Shown in pieces: positions 51,342 to 63,997 of a stretch of 64,000 nucleotides of DNA. Each line of letters begins with the position of its first letter. The stretch's first letter is position 1. The stretch is from Dimorphilus gyrociliatus (Eukaryota; Animalia; Annelida): positions 2,177,899 through 2,241,898 of the forward strand of contig CAJFCJ010000014.1 of assembly GCA_904063045.1 (NCBI GenBank), written 5' to 3'. The position numbers and the translations under genes are program-made. The notes beneath the pieces are model-generated. The model was not told the DNA's origin. It worked only from the letters and a program-made list of their open reading frames with translations, and did not search any database.

Positions 51342-54213
51342 ATGATATTGAAAATTATTGTAATTTTCCTCATCCTTTGGACTTTTCCCGACACTAAAGC
51401 GAATGAAAGTAAAAATATAAATAAATTGATAAAAGAAATATTTTCTTTTCTTTCTTTACTGTTTATTAAAATATTTGTAATTTTTATTTCATTCATTTTC
51501 AAGGTTGCAAAACAGCTGACATAGGTCTAATAATTGATAGTTCTGGTTCAATTGTTGGTGATTACTTAAATAATCCAGTTCATTGGAGTCAAATTAAAAG
51601 CTTTATTAAAAAATTAATGAGATCTTTTAATATTGGAGAAGGGAACTTTAAATTTGCTGCCAATCAATTTGGTACAAGAGTAAGAAACTTGATAACTTTT
51701 AAGGACACACCAACTTTAGCAAACTATGAGGATATCCTTAAATATAGGCTGAAATGGCCAACTGGTACAACAAATATGCTTGATGCTATTCGAAGTATGA
51801 AAAAGCTATTCGAGGGGCAGGGGACGAGAACAAAAGCACCTGATATTTATATACTTATTACGGACGGAAAACCTTATCCAACTAATCAGAATCCTATAAT
51901 ATTGAATATAGTAAAAGATTTGAAAAGTAAAGGAGCGTCTTTTATTACAATAGGCGTTACTAAAAATATAGATCGTTCTCTCCTAACTAATATTGCGAGT
52001 AATAAAGATTTATTTATTAATATATCAAAATTTTCCGAATTGCAAAGAATCTCTAAAAGTATGCTTGGTCTGGTTTGTAAAACGGTTAAAAGAGTTTGTA
52101 AGTATAATTTATTTAATACTACTATATTTACAAAATATTGAAAATAACTTTCTTTTTCTCTTTGCCATTCATAACTTCTATTTATAGCATTTTAATCATG
52201 TTTTCATTGCATTTAGCTTGTGAATCAGGAGATAGAGGAGATATAGGCCTTATGCTAGATAGCTCAGGCTCAATCGTTCAAGACTATTTTAATGTTAGCA
52301 AGCACTGGTTCGAAGTTCAAACATTTGTAAGGCAATTATTGGGATCTTTTAAAATTGGACAAAAACATTTCAAGTTCGCCATTAATCAATTTAATGATAA
52401 TGCAAAAAATCTAATAACTTTAAAAGACCAACCGTCTTACGCTAACTATGATAGAATCCTTAAGTCCAGATTAGAATGGCCAAATGGTATGACTAATATG
52501 CTTGACGCAGTGGTAAAGTTGAAGGAGGTATTTTCTGATTCTAGTAATAGGCCTAACGCACCGGATGTTTTCGTTCTAATAACCGATGGTAAACCTTATC
52601 CCAAATGGCAAAATGCAAAGATAATGAAAATTGTTAAAGAATTAAAAGAAAAAGGCGTTACATTCATAACAGTTGGCGTAACAAAAAATATAAACGAGAC
52701 GCTTTTAAGAAAAATAGCTAGTAGAGATGACTTGTACGTAAAAATAAACCAATTTTCCGATTTTAAAAGAATAAGTGGAGGATTATTTGGCTCAATTTGT
52801 AATTCCGTTAAGAAGTTTAGAACAGCTGCGCCAGGTTAATTAATGAAGATACACAAATAATAATTTTTCTTTTTAACTAATAACTTTATTCTTTTATTAC
52901 AGTTTGTCATAAAATGGCGGATATTGGTTTAATGATTGATAGTTCAGGATCAATAAAGGAAGATACAAAACAAAACTTAAATAATTGGAATAGTATTAAA
53001 GATTTTGTTAAAAAGTTAATAAGTAACTTTAAAATCTCAAATTATGATTTTAAATTTGCCGCTGAAAAGTTTGGTAATGAAATTAAAACGATCTTTTCAT
53101 TGAATGATACACCAAATGTGAATAATTATATTCATAAAATAAATACAAGAATTGGTCAACCAAATGGCAAAACAAATTTGTTAGGCGCAATAAAAACAAT
53201 GGAAGAAATGTTTGAAAATAATAAAGGGAATAGAAAGAATGCATTAGATATTTTTATATTAATAACCGATGGTTATCCAAATCCAGCGTGGCAAGCTAAA
53301 TACGTATTAGATGCTGTAAATAATCTTAAAAATCGAAAGAATGTAACATTAATCTCTATTGGAATGACGAAACGGATAAATGAGACATTTATGAGACAAA
53401 TATCAGGAGATAATTTTATACATATCCCAAAATTCTCCCAGTTAGTACCAAACTTAAATAAAGTTTATAGAAAAATATGCGATGCAAGACCTTTAGCAGC
53501 TGTTCAGTTGGAACAAAACATCAAAGGTTCATATATAATAACAGTATAGTTATGTAATCTAGTAATTTCTCTAATCTATGTATTTAACAATTATAGCCTG
53601 TTCGAAAGGAAATAAATTGGACGTTGGTATAATGATGGACACATCAGCATCCTTAATAGGTGACACATATATGTCAAATTGGTATAAAATTCAACAATTT
53701 ACAAAAGAAGTTCTAGTCACATTAAGTCTAAGATCTAGTGAAACAAAATTCGCTATTAATCGATTTTCAACTGTGGTAGAACGTTTAATTGGATTAGAGG
53801 ATAATGGAAACTTCGCATCATATTTAAAGATTCTTAATAGAAGAACTAAGCTCGGTAGAAGGGGAACAAATTTATTAGCAGCTATAGAAGATATGGAAAA
53901 TACGTTTAAAGGAAGAGGAAATAGGCGAAATGCACCAGACGTTTTCCTTCTAATAACAGACGGATGTTTTAATTCCGAGTCAGAAATGTATAAAGTAAAA
54001 AAGAAAATATCTAAATTAATCTCTTCTGGTATACAATTCTACGTTATTGGAATTTCAAACGAACCATATGAAGGCTTCTTAAAAAGTTCAGTAGGTTCAG
54101 AAAACTTTATACATGTTTGGTCTTTGTCAAAACTAGACCAGAAGATTGAAATGGTCGTCAACAAAGTTTGTCAACATTACAGAAGACCAATTATTAGACA
54201 GATAATGTATTAA
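51342..54213 (+). CDS. Secreted protein made of four tandem VWA domains, 5 exons, ~839 aa
   Basis: Signal exon 51342-51408, then exons 51504-52097, 52217-52834, 52903-53526 and 53597-54213 joined by phase-1 introns. Each encodes C..D[IV]G..D[ST]S[GA]S, TN[ML]L.A, [LI]ITDG and a C-terminal Cys. Confidence 0.92.
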
Positions 54214-54477
54214 AATAACAACTACATATTTTTCGCAATAAATACCTTATTGAATGAGAAAGAGAATACAAACTTTTAAACCATACAGTGATAGTATTTT
54301 TTTATATTATTATTTAATTTTGATGTTAAACATAAGTAGACTTATCTGGATCATTAATAAAATAGGCCACGAAAATAACTATAATAATAAAAAGGAAAGG
54401 AAAAAAGGACACGAACGGCCATGTATAAATAGAAATTAATGATAAAAAACACTATAGGAAGATAGCTAATTAAAGTG

Positions 54478-54530
54478 AGAGAGAGAGAGAGAGAGAGGGA
54501 GGGAGAGAGAGAGAGGGAGAAACAGACAGA
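54478..54530. repeat. (GA)n tract
   Basis: Imperfect GA run about 270 bp upstream of the 54797 ORF. Confidence 0.85.
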
Positions 54531-54796
54531 GAGAAACAGAAAAATAAATGCTGAATGTTAATATTACTCATTTATAATATATTTGTAATAGCAAAGGCGG
54601 TTTGTTTTAACATGGCTTATTAATTCAATTACAATTATCTTCTCCTACTTTATTCGTTTCAGTTGACCGATCGAAGAGAAGTGAAAAGAAAAAAGATCTA
54701 TTTCTGCTTTTCCTTTAGAATATCAAAATTGATAAGAAATCTAATAATCAGAATATAAAATATATAGTTGATTTACGAAGAAAAAAAGAACAAGAA

Positions 54797-55117
54797 ATGA
54801 AAGAATTAATATTAATTCTATATGCTACTTATATGATTTTAACTGTAGCACATTGTGATGGTCCTTATAATAAAGTATGCATGAAAGATGGAATTGCTTT
54901 TGAGGAAGGAGATCAAATATATATTAAAGAAGATTTGGCTGAGTGTACAGAGAATGCTGGACAATATTATTTTACTAGTGTTGAATCGGGATCTTCATCT
55001 GGAGAAATTGATCCAGATATATGCCCCATTCCAGGTTGCAAAGCACCTGCTACAGTGGTATATTTGGTTAATAAGTGTCCTCAGTGTAGAGTTCGCTTAA
55101 GAAGAGATAAAAAATAA
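54797..55117 (+). CDS. Small secreted protein with a reduced (6-Cys) VWC-like domain
   Basis: Signal peptide MKELILILYATYMILTVAHC; CMKDGIAFEEGD matches the VWC start C..NG..Y..G[ED]; ICPIPGC...KCPQC matches the VWC end. Confidence 0.7.
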   Translation: MKELILILYATYMILTVAHCDGPYNKVCMKDGIAFEEGDQIYIKEDLAECTENAGQYYFTSVESGSSSGEIDPDICPIPGCKAPATVVYLVNKCPQCRVRLRRDKK

Positions 55118-55200
55118 GTAATCTAACTTATTTTTGATAAATTTATTTTTATATATAAATGAATAAATGAATAAATTAACTACTTATTACAAAAATTAGA

Positions 55201-57710
55201 CTATTCTAAATATGTTACAGTAGCATCGTCGTCTCTATGCTCAATTTCTTCATTTAAAAAGATGTAAATATTTATATAGGCTATGATCATAAAAAAGGTA
55301 AATACTAAAAATACATAACCTTTTAAAATATATAAAAGACTTTGAAAAGATATTATTATTATTAGATTCATTAATAAATTAATTAAACTAGAAATTATTA
55401 TAACTTTATATCTTAGAATTTCTTCATCAAATAGTTCGTTAACCACTAACCAAGGTAATGGACCAAGGCCAATATTATACGCTATTAAGTAACTAGTAAA
55501 GGCAGCAAATATCAGATAGCTACAGACTCGATTATGAGAATTACACAAAAGTATTGTAATCGTAATAGAGTCCACTATCATAAATATTAAAGTATAGAGA
55601 ATGACATTACGTCGCTCATAAAAATCCAAAAAACGGATCATAATAGCTGCAATTAGGATATTGATCAAATTTATTCCGAATACTGCCCATTGCAATTCAG
55701 AGCTCTTGTAATTAGCCTCTTTCTTCCCAATGTAATAATAGTAATAACAATATAGATGAACGAAGAGGCAAGCATAAAAGATCAAGTTATTAGTCAATAA
55801 CTATTTTGTAGCCTTGTAGGCCTACGTACCTTTGAAGAGAGAAGAAGAATAGAATAGTATAGAGTTTATACCAGTAAATTGCTGAGTTAGGTATAAGCCA
55901 ATGACTATAATTAATTGTTTACGAACGGATTTATCGGTAAATAGATATCGAAATGATGACTTTTTTGCTCCAGTTGTTGTCTCGAAGCAAATTTTCATCT
56001 TTTCTATATTTAGATAATAAAGTTCATTATCGAAATCAATGTCATTTCCTTTATAGAATTTTAAAGAAGCTTGAGCCTCTTTTTCCCAATTTTTTCTTAT
56101 AAATAAAAACTTCGGACTATCGTAAACAAATAGAATACCAAAGAGAGTAATAATTCCTGGAATAATTTGAATTGTCAAGACAAAAGGCCATATGTTACGT
56201 CGTCCTATAGCGATTTCTAATGCCGTGAAACTCGAGATACCAATTCCTATTAATTTCATAGGGATTACATTTGAAAGATGTTTATGTTGTATTGATTATA
56301 CTCTAGTTTTAAAAACATTGACATACCTAAGATGACTGAAAATTGATGGATAACTGACAGATAATTTCTTATTGGATGACTTGTAATATCCCATAAAAAC
56401 AATGGAACTATGCAATTTAGCAAACCTATTGGCAATCCCAAAATAAATCTAGATATACCAAGTAAATGAACACTATTGAACTGAACAATTAAACAGGCAA
56501 TTACTGATCCTATAATAGTACAAATTTGACTAAAACTTATAGCCAAGCGATAACCTAATTTTTCATGAACATAGTCAATTCTAGATGTCCATTGAAGGAT
56601 GAAATATAAATAGTTAAAACAATAATATGTTAGAATGGAAGCAGAAAAGAGACAGAGAGATAAAGACATAGATGGGAAAGTAAATGATCTATTTACCCAA
56701 AGACTCCTATGATTCCTGCCAGAAAGTAAACTCCATTTATAGTTTGGAAATAGACGATCTCCTTTTGGTTTTCTCTCCTCCATTTTAACGATTCCCTATT
56801 TGTTTCGTTATAAAACTCTTTGATTGTCTAGTATTATTAATGGAATTAATTAATTAGTTAATTAAAAGGATCGTTTATTCTCTATATGAATAAAATAATT
56901 CATTATGTATTTGTTATTATTTTTCAAATTATACAGAAATAAACATGAAAGAAAATGTAGAGAGCTTAGACTGAGCTCTATCATTTCTTACTAAGCCTAT
57001 ATAAAAATATATTGATTATATCTGCAAAAAAATTTTGCAGATGTTAAAGAAATATTTGAATAAGAATATCGTAAAAATTTTAAGTAATATATTGATATTT
57101 ATATCATTTTTTATGCAATATATTAACGTGAATTTTAAGAAAAATAGTTAAAAATGAATATTAAATATAACTTACTCTATCCAAATTATTTAAGCATCCA
57201 ATGTTCCATCCATAAACGAAAGATGTGCCTAACATTGTAAGGATCAATGCTAATTTGGTATTAGAGTTTATACTAAATTTATCAGTGGTAAAAGTTTCAT
57301 TCTATTTAATTGTTAACAAATCTTTTAATAGTTAAAAAAAATTAATTTATTTAAATAATTAATTAATTAGCTTTGCTTTATTTAATGCATTAGAAAGATT
57401 TATAAATAACCTGTGAGAAAATTGCTTGAGAAGATGATTGAGGTTTTAAGGTGTGTAGATTTTCTTCTTTTTTCTCTTCCCTTCCTGCTTCTTCTTCTTC
57501 TTCTTCTCCTTCTTCTTCTAAGTCGTCTTTTTGTTTTTGTTCTTCTTCATACAGTTTGTATAGTTTTCTCTTTTTCCATTTGATAAAACCATGTTTTTGA
57601 CTTAATATCCTATCATTTAATAAATTCTTATCATTATCATTTATATCATTATCAGTTTCATCGCCGTTATTATTATTATTACTAGCGAAATGTAGATTTC
57701 TATTAGACAT
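55201..57710 (-). CDS. SLC2A: Divergent SLC2/GLUT-type sugar porter, 6 exons
   Basis: Spliced product has GTSFVYGWNIG (exon ~57174-57299, not in the ORF track), SRFILG, HQFSVILG, WP, QQFTGINSILFYS and IGLGPLPWLVVNELF. Confidence 0.87.
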
Positions 57711-58981
57711 TTTTTATAGGTTATTTGGATTAAAATAAATTGTCTATTAGTACAAAAGTTTTAAACTATCATAATACAAAAATAATGACGCCATATTAAT
57801 TAAGTATTACTTTTAATGATTAATTTATAAATGACTAAGTATATATGATATTAAAATAAAACAAGGTAACTACAAAAGAAGAAAGATTAAATATTTTTCT
57901 AGAGATTAATTCTTTTTTGTTTTTTTTTAACTTCGAAGCTTTGTACTATACACAGTATAAAAAAAACATTGATTTATAGCTACTATAAAGATATTTTTTA
58001 TCCTTGTAAAGTCATTAATAGAGCTTCTTAAATACATATTTCCGCTATAACAAGGGTCAAATGAGTTCACTAACCTGTTCCCAGTTAATTCTATATTCTT
58101 CTCTTTATAGAAAAACTGGAATGTGATTACTTAATAATTTAGCATATTAAGAGATAAGGTTGAAAAAAAAACCAATAAAGAAGATTAAAGACAGAATAGA
58201 AGGAGAAAGAAAAAGAGTTGAAATAAATGTGACAGAGAGAAACATGTTGAGTTGCGTGTATCGACTGGTTTAGGGATGGTTAGGTGTCTGGCTGCTTAGC
58301 TGACTACATCGATGGATGACTTGACTCATAAAGAATTTACCTTAAAGATAAATAATAGCTATATTTTATAAATAGTTACAAAAAAATATTATTTATAGCG
58401 TTCTCTAAATAGATACAATATTATATATATCTATATATATTTAAAGTTAGTACAACATCTTCATTTTAGTGTCTTATTTCTAGTATTTTTCTAATTATCT
58501 AACTATTATTTAAATATTAAAGTATTTTCTTGAAAGATTTACTATATTTCATTTAATAATTTTTAAGTATAGTATTTATAAAGAAATTATAATTCTCTTG
58601 TTTTTTGCAATTTAAATAATGAAATATGAAAAGTAACGTGAGAGAAATGAGAATAATTAAATAAAATTGGCTTGTGGAGGTGAATACAAAGATATGATAA
58701 AAATTAACAGACAGGTTCGATCATATTAAAAATGTAAACATTGTTCAATACATCTTATATTAATTTTATTTACATTCAATTTCAAAATTTATTACAATTA
58801 CTCAGATATTGGAAAGATAAGATGGATAATAATCGTGATAAATAAATAATTGAAGTGTAACATGCGTTAAATCTGTAGGCTCAAGTATCTATTGTTCATG
58901 GGCGTCATGACGACAATCAAGATGGCAGCATAGACGCTTGTCATTTCTATACCTATAGGCATATCTTCTAGCTTCCTCAAA

Positions 58982-61628
58982 ATGAATTCTTCACCTTCAC
59001 CCGAACTCGTAAGGCCCCTTTCTAAACGAAAAAGAGTAATGACATTAGTACCTGGTCCGCCTATTGGATTAGTTATTTGCCTATCTATCTGTCTTGGTTT
59101 GATATCAACGACGTTTATGGTGGTTGGAGTTTCAACAGACTTTTGGGAATTATCCGAATTTAGTATAAATTGTATAAGAAAAATAAAAGATATAAACCTT
59201 AATGCTTCAATTTTGGATAAAGAAAATGGTTTCTATTATCTTCAGAAACGAGATTTGACTTCTACTAAATTGAACGTAACTTTTAAAGAGTATACGGCCT
59301 TTGAACATTTCGGTGGGATTTGGAGAGTATGCAATAAAATTTCAGGTATTTTTAAATAAATAGCATATCTACTGTATTATTGTATATAGAATATAAATTA
59401 AAAGATTGTCTAATAAATGTCGTAGCTTGTCTCTGTTAGCTAATTGATTATCAAGAACAAATCACTTAAGTATGCTAACTGAACAACAATTTTTTTAATA
59501 ATTAGTTTCCCAGATAATTAGTTATTAAAAAGTTATCATATTTCTATCATTAAGATTCTTTTATTAACTGTTAGTGAAGAATAAAAGATGGCTTATTTAT
59601 TCATATCTTTTTATTATAGCCTTTAACACTACATAAAGCTAGATTTAATTATGATTTCTTCATAGTTTATATCTATTAGAATATCAATGTGATAATAGAG
59701 AAGAGTGAAAAGTACCCATTCTCTACATTTCTTTTGTACACATATACTAATACATTTTACGTATTGTGTATATACACTATGTACATGCTGATATATAGTC
59801 AGTATTTTCGTTTGTTATTGCTACTTCATTCGACTTTCTTTTCTTCCTTTTTTACCTTTAAACACAAAATATTTTGCAGCAGCAGCTTATATTTCTATAC
59901 CATTACTGTCTGATCAATTGCAACCTTCGAATGTTTTTTTTTTTATAAAGAATAAATGCACTCTTTCTTCAATGACGTCATACAAATTAAACCTTCAAAT
60001 AAGCAGTGTTTTTTTTAACATTTAGCAATAAGTTTATAATTTTTGTTTATGTCAAAAATAAGGTAAAAATCTACATTCTTCTATTTTGTTTCTTTTTTAA
60101 ATACAGACGAGTTTCGTACAAAATATAGAAAACAAATTTACGTAACTGATCCGATTGTTGAAAAGTGCTTTGAGTATATTACTGATTATCCAAAAACAAG
60201 AGATAAATTAGACGAAAAGGGTAAATGGCTACTAAGTAAGTGTATTCTTTATCAATAAAATATGACTTTCTTTATACAAAGTCTAATAAGAGAAAAGTAA
60301 TTAAAATAAAAAACAAATTCACCTAACAGGGATGCAAAATTCTGCTTCATCATGTACAATTGTTAGTCTTATGTGTCTATTAACCGCATTAATAACTGGA
60401 ACCTTTGGAATACTTTCCAGACAAGTCAGCGCATGTATGGTAACAGGAGTTATGTATATTGTTGCTAGTAAGTATACTTTCTCTGTTAATCTTCCTATAT
60501 CTTAGTCTTAAAAACAACTAGGCGAATTGAAAATATAATGGGAAAAATAAGGATACTTTCTTTTTGTTATTAGAAAAACCCTATTGTTAAATTACAATGA
60601 GCTGTAAGAAGGGGTATAGGAAAAGAAATAGACTATAAAACGTACTATTTTTGTTAGAAATATTGATGAAATCTGGTAAAAAAATAGATATGTTCAATCG
60701 ATTCAAAGATTTCTATGCATCCGCCGAAAGACAAAGATACTAGTTTTATTAATGTCGATCGTTATTCCCTCTAACTTCCTTTTTCCTAGTTAGAGAAATG
60801 AAAAAAAACAATGGATAGGGAAAATAAACTTGAGTATTTTCTTTTCTTTCTTTTCAAGGAGGAAAACTCTAGACTCTTGATAATAGCTTTCCTTTATTAG
60901 CCTTTCTTGAAAACATGAATTATGTATGTATAAATTATATATATATACAAATATACATAAAAACTGCTATAATGACACATAGTTAAAGTATTACAATAGG
61001 GTAAAATGAAAATGTAAAACCTGCAGCAAGTCGATTCGAATACTTGTAAATGAAAAGTACAAAGAAAGACTATCAGACAATAGAAGAGATTAATGTAAAA
61101 AATACTGCAAATATAACATTTTTAAATAAAAGTATACTTCTTATAGTTTGCACATTAATTTTTTGATTGACAGTTCGCACTGCGGCAACGTTAAAATATG
61201 AGGTCTGTCTCAAATCGATAAGCAAAATAGGTTGTTTTTATCGGTAGTTTTACACTCCTTATTAAAATCTTGACGGGTTATTTTAAGTACAAATGTAACA
61301 GTTAAAGATAATATATGTACATGCATCCATTTATCGAATATTTTTTATTGTCTTATTAAAATTCTCCTATTGTTTCTATTTTTCAGGTGTATTTGATTGT
61401 TTTGGACTAATTATCATGCACACGAAAATGTCTTATATGAGATCAAATGAAAAATGCTTTTCCCTGTCTCCAATCGGTTTCAATGATTTATGTAATTGTC
61501 GGAGTATATCTGTTAGTTGGTCTCTTCCATTTGGCTGGTTGGCTTTCGCTATGCTAATTTTCGCTTTTGTATGTTGGTTATATTTATCAAGACAATTTAG
61601 ATTAGAAAAAGCAAAGGCAATGATATGA
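58982..61628 (+). CDS. Claudin/PMP22/TMEM114-like tetraspan membrane protein, 4 exons
   Basis: TM1 followed by VSTDFW and GGIWRVC...KC (the W-GLW-C-C signature). Exons at ~60109-60235, ~60331-60467 and 61388-61628 join in phase 1. TM4 region SWSLPFGWLAF; ends EKAKAMI*. Confidence 0.85.
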
Positions 61629-63129
61629 TGGTATATTATATCTTATTCAGAATATTTCTTTGATATAAAAAGAGCTCTGATAAAATACTCTGACTTAACA
61701 ATCTGTTCAACATGTAACTTAAAGACGTGGTTAACTATCAGTGATGTTATACATAGAAGTATATACAGTATATATCGTATAATACTGTGAAAATAACACA
61801 ACAAGATAGTACTGTATATCCTCCTTTTATATAAAAGAACATGTTATTTTTAGTGCAAAGAATATCTTCTGAACTTTTTAACTATGGCTCCTTTTTCTTT
61901 ATGAATGGGGTGCGTTTTGTAGAATAAATTTTTGCTAGAAGTTATAAGCAATATTTTTTGCTGGACAAGAGAATCTGTTTTTAATTAATCATGAAAAAAC
62001 TCTTTAGACGAATAATGATATTATGTAATCGTGCCATCAAAAAATATTTTGTTTTTAACAAGAAAAATCCTGTTTTGCACACAATGATGAAACTGTACTA
62101 GACTGTAACTGTAACTAATTAAACGAGTGGAAATCAACTCCAAAAAGCTTGTAAAGAAAGAAATTAGAATTACAAATGTATTAGAAAAGTACAATAAGCT
62201 AATAATGATTGACTTTGGTTAATAAACTCCTTTAAAATGGATTAATTTATTCATGAAAAAAGAAATTCTCTAAAAAGATCTCTTCAGCAAAACATTTCCC
62301 CGTCGTAAATACATTAACATATATACCTGATATGTATGATATTTACAATTCCATGTATTCAATGCACTAATAACTACCCTGTTATTTTTTTTTTGTTATA
62401 CATTTTATGCTATACGTAAAAAGAAGAAAAATACAACATTTTTTACCATTTGCTTTTTTTTATCTTTCTCTTCCAATTGTTTTCATACTATGTTATATTG
62501 TATATTTGTATAAACACATTACCATTACATTCTGCGGTGTATATCTAGACTTGAAGTAGACGTTTCTTAAAGCGATTCAAATATTATAATTATAGGCTTA
62601 TTAGACTTAAGTACAGTTGGAATACATCTAATATATCTTTCTTCTTTACTTAGACATTTCAAAGAGATTCGTTCATATCAATAGGATCTTAAGGTAGTTT
62701 AATTATTCTATTTTTTGCTATTTTCTATATATTTGAAATGCTTCAAATATCAGAATTTATTTCATTTAAGAGAGAGAGAGTGTGTGTGTGAGACATGGAG
62801 ATAGAGATAGAGAAAGAGAGAGAAAGATAAAAAATTATTATTTTCTTTTTTCCTAAAATAGAGTTGACTTTTTATCGTCTGCCCGTCTGAAAAGATAAAG
62901 AGAGCGATATCGTATAAAGGTCGTTTGAAGAAACATTTCTGTAATTTCTTATACAATAACATTACTGCAGATGACATATATAGACGAATGAACCTTTCAT
63001 ATTTTACATGGAATAACTGTTTCTATACATATATATATATATTTGTACTTTTTTATTTATCTAGTTAAATATTAATAAGGTAAGTGCTATAGAAACAATA
63101 GCATATGTAAAGACTTTAACTGTTCCCAA

Positions 63130-63138
63130 CGCCATCTG
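63130..63138 (-). promoter_or_regulatory. CTCF-like core motif (CAGATGGCG)
   Basis: Between the convergent 3' ends of the last two genes. Confidence 0.3.
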
Positions 63139-63414
63139 TCTTACACTATATAGCAAAAAGGGAAAGAGGGGGAAAAGATTACGTTATAATTCATTTAGTT
63201 TTATATTTTATTCATGAAATATAGATAATATCTCTGGTTTCGAATTGTATGAAGTATTATTAAAAAGCTTCTCAAGGCTAAGCATAATGAAGAATGGATA
63301 ATTATGTTTCTAATAACAGTAATTAATTAGACAGAGAAAGTTGAAGTTGAAGGTTACTATAAAAAATTTATTAATCTCTGTTAAACTTTTTTAATTTTCA
63401 TTATCTTTAATTGA

Positions 63415-63997
63415 TTAGCGATCTTTTTTCCAATTTGATTTTCTCTCTTTAAGTCTCCAACGTCTAGTGTAGTAAAAATTTCGTCTTTCAGCCCATCCTG
63501 AAGGTCGAATTGGGAAATTAAACCCTGGTGCTACTTTTTCTTTACTATCAGAATTATTATATTTTTCTACTGATTCGCCTTTTATCGATCCAAGTAAATC
63601 TTGTTGAGAATTTGGCTCAAATTCTATATTTTTTGATTTTTCTACAATACTTGATAATTTGAGTAAAACATCATTTTTACACGTTTTAGAATCGTTCAAT
63701 TCATCCTCTAATAGCCAACAATCATTTCTGAATTCCTTTAAAAACGAATGAAAAAAGAGTAAATAAACTGTATTTCCTATAATCTATATTGTGTAATATG
63801 AAATAAAATATTAAAACCTCAAATTTCTCTTTCATCTTTTCTTTTAGTTGTTTTTTCTGCTTTTCAATTTGATTCTTCATATCCGTAGCATGATTTTCAA
63901 TATTACAAAGCAGCTGATTTTCATTATCGTTTATCATTAATATAGATTTTGCTGAAACGCTTCCAACCGATGCAGCGTTTATAAAATAAGCATTAGC
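63415..63997 (-). CDS. Last two exons of a coiled-coil protein continuing beyond the window (possibly a TRIM/B-box-type coiled coil)
   Basis: Acceptor cag at 63998-64000, exon ANAYF...EKMKEKFE, then an intron (gtttta...ttaaag), then EFRNDCWLLEDEL...KKDR*. The heptad pattern is visible; no family motif recognised. Confidence 0.55.

Noticed and set aside
51617-54213. Four separate VWA genes, as the ORF track suggests
   Set aside because: Only the first unit has a signal exon, and canonical phase-1 introns join all four in frame.
5654-61816. Frequent TACAGTA/TACTGTA heptamer (more than 20 copies by eye)
   Set aside because: A rough expectation at this composition is already about 15 copies, and most sit in TA-repeat context. 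The excess is too small to claim.
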